NCBI RefSeq assembly: GCF_000372725.1
Contig: NW_005201102.1
Coordinates: 124,001-188,000 of the forward strand
Length of the DNA: 64,000 nt
Direction of reading: 5' to 3'
Origin: Emiliania huxleyi CCMP1516
Lineage: Eukaryota
The position numbers and the translations under genes were made by a program. Positions 38,410 to 55,413 of this stretch are shown piece by piece; positions within the stretch are counted from its first letter, which is position 1; each line of letters opens with the position of its first letter. The notes beneath the pieces are model-generated. The model did not search any database. It saw only the letters and a list, made by a program, of their open reading frames with translations, and had not been told where the DNA came from.

Positions 38410-38502
38410 CAGAGGCAGCTGCGATCCCGCCGAGTGGACGGTTGCACACCGCGCCACCTGCTGTGTGCGCCCGTCCACTCGGCGGGGTCGCAGCTGCCTC
38501 TG
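38410..38502. other. 93-nt hairpin (32-bp stem, one G-U/mismatch)
   Basis: cagaggcagctgcgatcccgccgagtggacgg (38410-38441) pairs with ccgtccactcggcggggtcgcagctgcctctg (38471-38502); inner gcacac/gtgtgc also pair. Confidence 0.85.
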
Positions 38503-38648
38503 GAAGGCACCGACATGTACCTTTTTGCGCAAATGGTCAAATCAAGGTTTTGTAACGCGAGCTGTGCCACAGTGAAATGGCACTAGCCTGTCTCTGTGAG
38601 ACTGCACTGAGCAATATATTTCCGCCTTTCCTTCCGTTGGTTCTTGGC

Positions 38649-39541
38649 TAGTGCTAGTCCCCCATCGGGAGGACGACCCCGGCTAGCCGCCGACCACACC
38701 CACAAAGAACCCTGCACAAAGACCGCAGGGCGGGGACCTGTTCCTTTTTACCCATCTGGGTTGTTGCACGAGTATATGGGACAAAAGCGTCGAAAATGTC
38801 CCAAAAAAGCGTGTCTCGAGTTTGTGGCAGCTCCGCAGCCAGCGCGGGCTGCCGGGACGCACCGCTCGCGCGTTCGGCACACTCAGTGGACCCCACCGAG
38901 TGTGCCGAACCAACTGGAGTGGGTAGGCTCGATGCCGCGCTCGCTGTGGAGCTGCCACAAACTCGCCGCCGAGCGTGCCACCGACGGCGTCCGTCGGAGG
39001 TGGTGGAGTTTGAGACCTGAGGCTGCGGAGGTGACGCCTGAGGTACCGGGCCGTGCACGGCGACTCAGCCGGCGACCGCCACGGGCTCAGACGAGACTTG
39101 TCGACGCGTTCCGGCTCAGCTTCACCGTGGTCCTCGGGCGTCTGTCGACGTCAGGACCACCCATACAGCTCGCGGGTTTGAGGTCGCAAGAGCCAAGATG
39201 GTGGCGTTTGGACATCCCAACCATCACACAAGACAGCCTGTAGCTGATGGCGGGACGGCGCAGTGTTTGTGGCACTCGGCAGTAGGCACCCGCGGCACGG
39301 CCCCGCTGTCGGCTCTCGCGGGCTGCGGAACCGGACCCAGAAAGGGACGGTCCGGGCGAGTGTGGCAGCTCCTGCGCTAGTATGGGCACCCTCTATTATA
39401 GCACTACTGATCCTGGTCATTAGAGCTGCCAGGGATAGCGTCAGGAGCTGGTAGGAGTCAAAACCCCTCATATTTGAGACATCGTGTCCCATATACTCGT
39501 GCAACAACCCATCTCCTAGTAGAGGTGTCCGTTTTATTTAT
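38649..39541 (+). mobile_element. Short LINE 3'-UTR copy, split by the TIR element
   Basis: Matches 28560-28704; 12-bp TSD ttggttcttggc at 38637-38648 and 39542-39553. Confidence 0.85.
38758..39510. mobile_element. 753-bp non-autonomous TIR transposon, 26-bp perfect TIRs, 4-bp TSD (ATCT)
   Basis: gggttgttgcacgagtatatgggaca (38758-38783) / tgtcccatatactcgtgcaacaaccc (39485-39510); atct at 38754-38757 and 39511-39514. The empty site is seen in the paralogous UTR at ~28662-28672. Confidence 0.9.
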
Positions 39542-39818
39542 TTGGTTCTTGGCACATATCTACATGTGTGGCCACATGCCATGGTAAAGCCGTCACTAGC
39601 GAGAGCCGACAGAAATTCTTTTGATACATGTAGATTTTGTGAGAAATGCTCTAGATCGGCGACAACCGCTGGGCCGCGCTGCGGTGCCTGGCCGTGGACT
39701 GTGGTGAGACTGCACACAGCACAGCAGCCCGGACTCGAGACGCAGACGATGGCGGCTAACCGAGCGCCCTGCCCTGCACACATCTAGGGGCGGAGAGGGG
39801 GCGGCGGAAGAGTGGCTG

Positions 39819-42541
<2,723 letters not shown>

Positions 42542-42950
42542 CGTTTGCGCGGGCGTTTTTTATTTATTACTCGCTGCGGGGCTCGCTAAACGCTCGCCGA
42601 GCTCCATGCTGTGCAACACCACCTCCTCACTAATCGTCAGGGGCGCGCAGAGCGCAGTGCACTGCGGTGAGGCTGCGCAGCGGGGGCTCACCCCCTGCAC
42701 CGCGCTCAGCGGCGCAGGGGAGGGCGGTCGGTGGCGGCGGCGGCGAGGCGCGAGGCGGTGGCGGCGGTGGTGCGGGCGGCGGGATGACAGGGGAGGCGGC
42801 GGGATTGACAGGGGAGGCGGCGGCCACGAGCGGAGCGGCGCGAGAAGGGGGGGGGGGCGGCGGCGAGGCGCCGGTGAGCGAGGCGCCCGCGCCATCAGAG
42901 GGACGCGCCGCTGCGAGATGGAGGGCGGCGGTGACGGAGGCGAGGCGCGA

Positions 42951-42985
<35 letters not shown>

Positions 42986-44429
42986 ACGGCGGCACCGAGT
43001 CTCGGTGAGCGGCGGCGGGAGGAGGAGCAGCGGCGGCGCTCGCTCGCTGTTGACGGGAGCGCTTTTGAGCCTGGGAGCCCATGCCACTGCGACCGGCGTG
43101 CCCGGAAACGGAGATCGCGCGCGCGCCGCCACTCACGACGCGCGCGCGATCTTCGCGGAGTCGGGTCCCCAGAGGGAAGCGGTCTTCTCGGCCGACGTCC
43201 AGCGGCGCGCAAGGAAGCAGGCGCAGCGGAGGCGGCCTAGCACCGGCTCGGCGCCGGGCGGTTGCGCTGCCCGCGAGCCGCGTCCTGAGCCTCGGCAGCG
43301 CGCTGCGCGGCGCGGCGCTCGCGCTGCTGCGGTGCCGAGAGCGGCATGATGGTAGTAACCAGCTGAAGCTCGAGACTCCTCGGGTCCGCGAGTTCCGCCG
43401 GTCACGGGGATAAACGGCGGACGACGCGAGGCCCTTATATCCGCTATAGATTCCCGGGAGGGCACGACGCCCTCTACGTGATGTGTACGCCCACTCAGGA
43501 TGTGTGGCAGCCCGCTGGCTGTGTGTCTCGTGAGCTTGTTTGTGTCTGTGTGTCGCTCGTGCGTGTCGTCATCATCTGTCTTGCGTCCACCCATACCGCG
43601 TTGGTGTCCAGTCCGAGCCTGACTGTTCTTCACCTTCCTACATACATCTACGCTGGGGTGGCCGGCGCCCTACTGGGCGTTTTTTCTCAGGCCACGTGCC
43701 TCTGCACCTCGGTTCACGTGCACGAGCTTCTTGAGCCACCCACCCACCCACCCACCTCACGGCCCGGCTCTGAGGCTTGGAACCACCCACCCACCCCCAC
43801 CCACCTTGGGAGGGCTGATGCGGGGTTGTGGGCTCGTCGGGTGACGGAGAAGTGTAAACTCACACACAGCTTGCGCTCTGCACCTTGGCCTTCTTTCTAC
43901 CTATGGGGTGTGGTCTGAGCGTCTGACGTCTGTAGACCCTGAGAGCTGAGTTGAACTCTCAGGTTGAACTCTAAGAGTTGCACACGGGGGTTGTTTGTGG
44001 CTTGTGCGCCGGGGGCGCCCTCCCCTGCTAGCTAGCAGTGAGCTGCAGCGCGAACCGCTGTGCCTCGGCGCGCCGGCCGCCGAAATCCTCCGAGTTCTTT
44101 GGCATAGGCGAACCCCCCAAACCCTATGTAAATTTTCTTCGCCTGCGGCGGGCCATCACTTGGACTCGCTGCTTTCGGATTCGCACGCCTTTATCCGTCA
44201 CTCCCCCGAAGATTGGAGGTGTTGATTTATGCACAAATCTATGTGTTGCCAGCGCTAGATGGCGAAATTTTCTTCGCCTCCGGCGGGGCCGCTCGCCGCG
44301 GGGCTAGAGAGGGACTTTTGTCGATGTCGGCTAGAAGTGCTGCACCTTTTTGAGAATTTCACCCACAGAAGCAGTGTGCCAGTGTCGTCCCCCCCTCTCA
44401 CTGGGTGGCCCTCGCCCGCTGCCGCTCAG

Positions 44430-44769
44430 CGGCGAGGGCCGCGCTTTCGCGAGCGGGCTCGCCATTCCACCTGCGTCTGGCAAGGTCCTCGTCTCTTACG
44501 GCGTCGCCGATGCGGAGGCTCGCGCCCTCGTCATGTCCGATGCCTACCTACGTGGCCTGTTTGACTGGTGCACTGAGGATCAAGTGCTCACTCGGGCGGC
44601 GCGGGCGGAAAGCGCCGCGCCGGGCGGCGAGGAGGCGGCGGCGGCGGGCACCACGCTCAAAGGCGACAGCTGGGTCACTCTCCTGCTGGTTAGCGGCGCG
44701 CTCGGCCTCTTTTGTACTTGTAGCCATGGTGTCCCATGTGCACTCAGACAACAGCCGAGCACATGTTGA
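44430..44769 (+). pseudogene. Isolated C-terminal exon of a beta-propeller glycosidase-like (GH130/GH43-like) protein with TM tail
   Basis: RAFASGLAIPPASGKVLVSYGVADAEARALVM resembles a final propeller blade (F..GL...+SYG.AD). No upstream exons were recognised. Confidence 0.35.
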
Positions 44770-45078
44770 GGTAGCACAGCGCCCCCAAAACTCACCCGTG
44801 TGTTTCGCACGCGAGACGGTCTGCTTTTTGAATCTCAAACGAGAGCCTCACTTCCGTGTGTTTTCACAACGTAAATTTACGATTTGCAACAGTCTCTTTT
44901 AGCCACTGTGGAGAGAAAGAGAAATATTTTTTTGCCTGTGCGGAAGAGGCTAGTCTCGCCTTGCGGGGGGGCGTGTAGTCGAGTGTAGACCCGAGGTGAC
45001 GTGTGTTCTGGCTAGAGCGCCATCATCATGGCCTCACGGGCCCGGGCGAGGTTCCTTGCTCTAAGGGAGAGGAGGAGG

Positions 45079-45348
45079 ATTGATTGATTGATGGGAAGGC
45101 GAAACACAGTCCGACCAACGACTGGGACACCAACGCGGTATGGGTGGACGCAAGACAGGCGGTGACGGTCACACAGGAGCGACACACAGAACCACAAGAC
45201 AAGACACTCAGCCAACGTGGCTGCCACACATCCTGAGCGAACTTCCCTAGTCGCCCGCGGCCGGACTCCATCCGGCACGCGTCGCTGGGCGCCCAGAGCC
45301 GCGTCCCCTGCTCGCCACCCCGACGCCCAAGGCGCCCGAGTCGAACGA
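45079..45348 (-). mobile_element. Non-LTR/SINE-like repeat 'family B' with tetranucleotide (ATCA/ATCT) tail
   Basis: Copies with different 5' truncations: 20880-21010(-, intronic), 43495-43651(+, diverged), 45079-45348(-), 51818-52108(+). All end in ccttcc followed by an (ATCN)n-like tail. Confidence 0.82.
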
Positions 45349-46154
45349 CAGGCGGCACGCGAAGACTGATTGCAATCCCGCCGACCGCCAGGCCTTGCTA
45401 GAGGAGGGAAGAAAAAGAAAAAATCTCGTGCTCCGCTTGTGCCGCCGCCCCCAGCGCTTTAAATAAAATTCTTTTTCACAGGCAAGAGTCGGTTACAGCG
45501 TTGCGCGCCTCCCTGGGGACGGGGATACAGTTTCGATTTGGCCTCCCCGGAGATCATCATCAGCCCGTGCAGCCGCTAGCTACAGTATTTGAGGACTCCC
45601 TAATTAGCAAGACGGGGACGGTCGTTGCCTCGGCAGCCAGTCGGCCTGTGGGTGAGGACGGCCCAATCCTCGGCTGGCGCCGCTGCGCCTTCTCCTCCAG
45701 CTATCAGGCGTGCCATGTGAGGAATGTGGCAGCGCGCTTGCGCAGGCGCAGCGCCGCGGGCTGATGCGCCTCCTCCCGCGGCGGCGAGGAGAGCTCGTGC
45801 TGCCCGTGGAGGAGTTGTCCGCGAGACACCTAGCGGTCTCAGTCTAGCGGTCTCAGTCTCGGTCTAGTCTGCAGAGGAGTCTGAGAGGTGTATGGGAGAA
45901 ATCTATTGTATCGGAGGTGTAGAGCTCTATTGTGAGTGTCTCGACGGTCATGGAGGTGTCTGTGAGGAGTCGGAATCAGTTGAGGTAGAGCTCTATGTTT
46001 GAGGGGCGGCGCCGACGCTTCAGAGAGTGTGATGCTCTCCTGGTTCTTCGGCTTGATAGTGCTGACGCTTGGCGTCCTCGTCCCGCTCGGTCTGCAGGCA
46101 TCTCGCCACCACATGCTCGGATTCGGGTCCCAGAGATAACCACGTGCGATCACG

Positions 46155-46941
46155 ATGGCGCCGCTTCCGCCGCCGCCGCCCCCGCGGGCCGACTCGCGCT
46201 GCCCGCTGCCGTCGCTGGTACACCTTCAGGGCGACTGGGCCAATGTGTACGAGCCGTCCGACGACACGTACCTCCTCCTCGACGCCCTCGCCGCCGACCT
46301 CGCCGTGCTGCGCGATGCGCTGCCCGGCGTCGTGCTCGAGCTCGGCTCGGGCTCCGGCTGCATCATCACCGGGCTGGCCCAGATCCTGGTGCGCGGCGGC
46401 GTGCCGGCCGCGTCCGCCGCCCTCGTGGCCACCGACCTCAACGCGTCCGCCAACGCGGCGACCGCCGCCACCGCCGCCGCCAACAGCGTGCCGCTCGAGG
46501 TGGTGCGCGCCGACCTGCTCGGCGCAGTACGGCCTGGGACGGTCGACGTGCTGCTCTTCAACCCTCCGTACGTGCCCACCTCGGAGGAGGAGGCGGCGGG
46601 CGGGCAGGCCGAGCGCGACATCTCCGCTGCCTGGGCGGGCGGGCCCGACGGTCGCGTTGTCGTGGACCGGCTGCTGCCTGACCTCGGCCGGCTGCTCTCT
46701 GCGAGAGGGGTGCGCTACCACCACCTCGTGTGTGCTGTAGTGTGTGGAGGCGTTCCCCTCACCTGGCCTCACACCTCAGGTCTTCTACTTGCTCGGCGTG
46801 CGCGAGAACCGGCCCGACGAGCTAGCGGCGCAGGTGGAGGCGCAGCACGGCATGCGCGCCGAGCTGATCGCCGAGCGGCGCGCGCAGAACGAGCGCCTGT
46901 TTGTGATGCGCTTCTCGCGGAGCCAACCTGCCTCCGCGTGA
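46155..46941 (+). CDS. N6AMT1: HemK2/N6AMT1/Mtq2-type eRF1 glutamine methyltransferase; intron 46710-46779
   Basis: VYEPSDDTYLLLDAL, VLELGSGSG, ATDLN, DVLLFNPPYVPT, AWAGGPDGRVVVDRLL, spliced to VFYLLGVRENRPDEL...RRAQNERLFVMRF. Confidence 0.9.
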
Positions 46942-47407
46942 GCGCGCCGCCGGGGGTGTTCCCTGGCAGCTGACTGCTTTGGGCGGCTTTCGTTTTCTTT
47001 TTTCAAATCATGGGCTGCTACCGAGTGGAGGCGTGGCCGATATCCTATGCATATCTGTGGTACCGACCTGCTACCGTATGCTCAACACCACAGCTCAGGT
47101 ACATGTGTGGTGTGTGTCGTCGTGGTTTCGTATCAAGAATACTCATTCACACACTCAGGTATTCATCCTCACCGATATTAACACTGTAGCGGAACACCGC
47201 ACTTTATCATATGACTCAAATGCCGACAACGAACGACCGCGGGCGAGGCAACAGCTCATTTTGGTCACACGTATCTCCCTGGGCGCACGTCTCTCTCCGA
47301 CTCGCCACGTGCGCTCGCGCATGACGACGTGTGTGCACGGGGGGCCTCTGGTGTGAGACTATTGTGTCGAGGGATCGGGGTACATGCGGAGGCGGCTGCC
47401 GCAGAGC

Positions 47408-50544
<3,137 letters not shown>

Positions 50545-50619
50545 GTGTGCGAAGGGAGTGAGCTTCAAGCTCGGGCAGCGCTGCGCCTCTTCCGGAGCTG
50601 AAACCGACAAAAAATAAGA

Positions 50620-51557
50620 CGGCTCCCGCGGCGATCAACACCGCAACTCCTTTTCTCGTCGTCCGACTCCCAGCAGCTGATGACGCGCGAGATGTCGGTG
50701 TCGCGGAATTCGTGCGTACCGTCGCCGTTGGGACGGTCGTTGCTCGCGCCGTTGGGAAACGCAAGGCGCACCTTTTTGTTTTGAAGACCTCGATACTTAG
50801 CGCACTGCTCGGGCGAGAGCTCAAACACGTGCCGCGTCTCGTCTTCGCCGCCGGCTACGCGCACAGACACAGTACGCGGCAGCGCCGACACGTCAACCCG
50901 CGTGTACGTCAGCGACGGGTCCCGCACGCCGCACGAGGCGCATGCGTGCAGCGGCAGCGCGTGCGCCATGCGCTCGTCGCTCCACTCGCCCAGCAGCCGC
51001 CGCTTCGTCTCGTCGGAGACGTGCACGCAGCGCTGCAGCAGCGCCGCCGTCTCGTCCTCGGGCCGCTCCAGGTCCATGACGACGTTCGTCGAGGCGTGGA
51101 AGCGCGTCTCCAGGTCGATGGCCGCCTGCTCGGCCGCGGCGAGCTTGCCCTGGTCGACGCACATGCCGCACACCGCGTGCGCCGGGCAGCCGCACTGGCC
51201 GCGTTGTGGGCGCACGGTCTTGGCGACCGCCGGCGCTGCGCGCCGGTCGTGCTGCTCACGCTGCCGGCGGCGCTGGTCGCGCGCCTGCCGATCGCGCGTG
51301 TTCGCGGCGGCTGCATCTCCTGCTCGTTTCGCTCGCACCCGAGCGGCTGTCGCCAGGCGCTTCAGGTCGGCGGTGCTGCGCGCGCGGCCGTCGGCCAGGC
51401 ACAGCCACATGTCCTCCTCCTCGGCAGGCTCGCACGGCTTGCCGTCGAACTGCGACTGGCGCCCGCGACGATGCTTCGCCCAGGCCGGGCACGATGGTGC
51501 CGCGACGAGCGGCGTCGAGGCGACGGCCATCGATGGGTCCAGAAGACTTGGAGACAC
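50620..51557 (-). mobile_element. Possible Helitron RepHel N-terminal fragment (Cys-rich)
   Basis: ORF with CGCPAHAVCGMC and ...KRRLLGEW...LHACASCGVRD, resembling the Zn-finger region ahead of Helitron Rep domains. No Rep or helicase motifs are present. Confidence 0.35.
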
Positions 51558-52109
51558 TTCTCGACCAAAAAATCAAAAAAATCGAGCACAATTGCGTTAC
51601 ATGGGCATGGCCGGGGTTTCTGCACCGAACGATCTTACTTTCGGTCTATCGAAAGTGTTGATCGATAATTTTTGCGTTGGCTGGGCTGCAAATACGCAGA
51701 CGCGAGTCGCGGTACCAACCAACGCCCACGACCACGAGCGTTCTAGAAGATATATCGACCACCTTTCGCCCTTCTCATCACTTCCCCGGCGGCTGCCACG
51801 CCTCGATTTTGGTCCGACAGGTCGTTCGATTCGGGCGCCTTGGGCGTCGGGGTGGCGAGCAGGGGACGCGGCTCTGAGTGCCCAGCGACGCGTGTCGGAT
51901 GGAGTCCGGCCGCGGGTGTCTAGGGAAGTTCGCTCAGGATGTGTGGCAGCCAGGTTGGCTGAGTGTCTTGTCTTGTGGTTCTGTGTGTCGCTCCTGTGTG
52001 ACCGTCATCGCCCGTCTAGCGTCCACCCATACCGCGTTGGTGTCCCAGTCGTTGGTCGGACCCCGCAAGGCGCGAGACACACGACTGTGTTTCGCCTTCC
52101 CATCAATCG

Positions 52110-52191
52110 ACAGGTCTTCTCCGTGGCCCAGGCAGCCGTCCGCGCTCCCCCAGGTAAAGACGGCGCCATCGGCGGTGAGGGCGAGACTGTG
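52110..52191 (-). pseudogene. RCC1-repeat gene fragment
   Basis: HSLALTADGAVFTWGSADGCLGHGEDLS, homologous to 36425-36510; it abuts the family B tail. Confidence 0.75.
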
Positions 52192-52420
52192 TGTACGACT
52201 CGAGGAGCCAAAGGACCCACATTGCGATACAATGCTTGAAAGAGCATTCGAGTGAGTAAAATACGTGCAAATCATGGCTTTGCTGTGTGGAGGCGGACGC
52301 GCCTAAGCCTCCTGCCTTGACGCTCTCAAAACCTACCAACGCGTAACACAGAATTCACACCTCGTTCTTCACCTTGCCAACATCGCCACTCACACTGGCT
52401 GGAGGACTCGTCGGTCCAGG

Positions 52421-53881
52421 ATGTGGGTGGCCACATTCACGTCCGCCACAGATGCGTCTGTCCGGGATGGTTGGTGCGTAAGCCAGCATATGAAGTGCAA
52501 GCTGCATCGCGCGGGTGATCCACAAAGCAAGGTCTGCTTCAAGGACAGCAGCTGCGTAAACACGCCGGCACAGGATTCAGACAGCTCTGCAGCGAGTACT
52601 GCGCAGATGGTAGGCGACTCTGCAGCGATTACTGCGCATACGCTCAACGTTTCTCCGGCGTTAGCGAGATCGAATTCGGCCAGAACGCCACGCTCCGCTC
52701 CCACACGAGGGAGGCCTCTGCACCGTGACCCCACCATCACCGACAACTCACAAACGTGTGCTGCGTTTGGATGGGAGCCACTCAATGAACGCTCCCGCAC
52801 CCCACGGCGGCTCTTCTTGGGCGCTTTGATTGCGAGCGAGCCACCTATCGTGCTGCAAGCCCTCTCAGCAGAGATTGCTCATGTCGTCTCCTTCGTCTCC
52901 TTTGTGGAGCCTGCACAGACGCAGACTGGCACTCCACGAGTGCTGCAATATGGATCGGCTACACACCATGGTCGAGGTCCACAGTTCAAATGGCTGGCCA
53001 AGCTGTTCGCCAAGCAGGGCGTGGCGATCAACGTGTCATCTCCTCCTCTCAGCCAAAGGAGGTCGCTGGACGTCGAGTGGGAATGGAGAAGATCGATTGT
53101 AGACGCCTGGATCACGCACGGTATGCGGTCTCACGATGTCGGAATCATTTCCGACACGGATGAAGTGTTCACGCATGACGCACTCTGCGCTCTTCGTGAC
53201 TGTGATGTGCCTCAATTTCGGCTTGACACGGCAACTCGTGACGGCTGCACGTCCCCTAAGATCCTCGGGTCAACCTTGATCATGGAAGGCTACTTTGACT
53301 GCGTGTGGGGCCGTCGGCGCTGGTATCACCCTGATGCGATGCTCGGGGCCTGCATCCAGGGGATCCCTGGCAGTCCCGTCACAGAAAAAGCGATAAGCAA
53401 AAGGGCCGCGAGGCAGAAAGAGATCGGCGGCCGCATCACACAGAGGAACAGAACAATGCGGGCCGGCCTGTGGGCTGCAGGCGACTTTCGTTTCCGGGCC
53501 GGTGGAGTGCAAATGTCCTCAAAGGTGGCAAGCGGCTTCCACTTCCACAACTTTGGTTCTGAGAGGTGGCTGCGGCATAAGTATCGGACGTACGGCCATC
53601 CTATCAAGGATGCAGATTCTCGTCCGCTTCAGTCACTACACAGGGATCTCAACCTGAGCCTCCACTGCAAGATGGGCATATCTCATCCAGACCGCTCCAA
53701 TTCCCATTATACCTACGATTATGGTTTCAGGACCCTCAAAATTGGTGCTCAACCCTTGCCGCGACTTGTGCGCAACGCAATGAGATGCTCGCAGATGGCC
53801 ACGGGAAGCAGCTCACCATTCAGCATCTGCAACGCGACATATATTCAGACCTATTTCTCGAATGAAAAATTTGGTAGATAG
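52421..53881 (+). CDS. Glycosyltransferase family 17 (MGAT3/GnT-III)-like protein, intronless
   Basis: RRLFLGALIASE, FVEPAQTQTGTPR, E.EWRRSI, DVGIISDTDEV (DxD-type), GFHFHNF...KYRTYGH. Confidence 0.6.
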   Translation: MWVATFTSATDASVRDGWCVSQHMKCKLHRAGDPQSKVCFKDSSCVNTPAQDSDSSAASTAQMVGDSAAITAHTLNVSPALARSNSARTPRSAPTRGRPLHRDPTITDNSQTCAAFGWEPLNERSRTPRRLFLGALIASEPPIVLQALSAEIAHVVSFVSFVEPAQTQTGTPRVLQYGSATHHGRGPQFKWLAKLFAKQGVAINVSSPPLSQRRSLDVEWEWRRSIVDAWITHGMRSHDVGIISDTDEVFTHDALCALRDCDVPQFRLDTATRDGCTSPKILGSTLIMEGYFDCVWGRRRWYHPDAMLGACIQGIPGSPVTEKAISKRAARQKEIGGRITQRNRTMRAGLWAAGDFRFRAGGVQMSSKVASGFHFHNFGSERWLRHKYRTYGHPIKDADSRPLQSLHRDLNLSLHCKMGISHPDRSNSHYTYDYGFRTLKIGAQPLPRLVRNAMRCSQMATGSSSPFSICNATYIQTYFSNEKFGR

Positions 53882-55413
53882 AAGGGTGTCGAACAGTCGA
53901 AGAAGTCTGTACGATGTCTGGTTCCCTCACCGTTCGAAGCACCGTGTGAAGATGGCCGGTGTTCCACGCCATTTTAGCCTGCTGCACTCAGCGGTGACTC
54001 CTATTCACAGTGCACCCCCGAGGTATTTTCAGCGTGAACCTGCTTGACAACTTCACTCTGCTGCGATCTCTGTGTGCTAAAAATTTGCGGCGCGCTTTGC
54101 GCACCGTACAAGTCTGTGAGCACACAACAAGTCATGATATCGTATCGCAGTCTGATCAGCCGCATAGCCGCAAGCTAAAACTCCGTGTAATGCGGTTTGG
54201 GTAGGTATGTAGATTGTACCTCGAGCTACAGTAGCGGCGTGACGGCAGAGAGAGTGTCCCAAATTAGGCGGCGTGGCCGATGCATCATTTCGTGTGACTC
54301 GAAATGCGTGGAAACCAGAGGTATGAATTCGCATCCATGAAAGTCCCGTGCTCGCTTCCTTGATTTCACGGACATGTGAAGGCATGGACGTAATCCATGA
54401 TTTCACGGACTTACACAAAGTGTGATGCAGACTTGATGATGGTGGCCGCGTCATCGTCAGCGTAGACGCGGATCGTGTCTCCCGGCTGAGGGTGGTTCTC
54501 CATGCCGCACTGAAAGCAGACACGCCATGGTGTCACTGCGGTCTCTCGCATGTGCGTTGCAAGCTTGTTCCACGTCGGAGTGTCGAGCTGTCGACGGGCA
54601 GATGCGTCTCGTCGGCGTGCTCCGAGTGATTTGACGAGATCAGGTTGTTGACGAGTTGCAAGTGCTCGGGGGCTCGCGCTCGAGGGTTGTGCGCCGGATC
54701 CTTGACCTGACGCCTATGAGTTGTGCACACACTGAGTGTACCAGATGCGGGTGTGTGGGCATGACACGGGGGGCATGGCTGACCATCGCTCCCAGTACTG
54801 GTCGACGTCACTCGAGACGACGATGAGACGCGGTGAGCGGTTGTACAGGTCGAGCTCGCCGACTGTCTGCTCGGAGTTGTCGAGCAGCTGCTCGATCTCC
54901 GCGCCGGTCCACGAGGGGCCAGGCGTCGTATTTGTCGCATCAGACTGCTCCTCTGGCGGTGCCAGGTTGTGAGCTGATACGTTTCGCTCGTCGCCTTCGA
55001 TGGTAATGATGCACGTCGAATTGATGTCATCTACGTCGTCGATCCGGGCTCGACGAGGGGCCGCCGTCGCGGTGGAAACGAACCATACTTTGTCACCTTT
55101 GTTCATCTGCACGACTTGCGGTGTGCTTGGCACGCCATCGTCCGTCGCCGCATCAGCTGCTGGCTCGTCGCGACTTATCGTCGAGTTGGCCGGCAGTGGC
55201 GGGCGAGGGCGATGCATGGAAAGAGTTGACTTGGAAACGGTCGTGCTGTAGTCGTCGATGCGGATCTGGGGGAGAAGTTTGGTTGCACAGTGTCACCGAG
55301 TCCGAGAATCTACAGTACGGCTCTACACATTGTACAGAACTCTGCGCGGTAGACTCAACTCTCACTCTGCGTCACGTAAGGGACCCCCAATCGGATGTTT
55401 AACCGATTGCCGA

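Noticed and set aside
42560..43349. Gly/Arg- and Pro-rich ORFs upstream of SPF45
   Set aside because: Low-complexity GGC-rich sequence with no domain or splice support.
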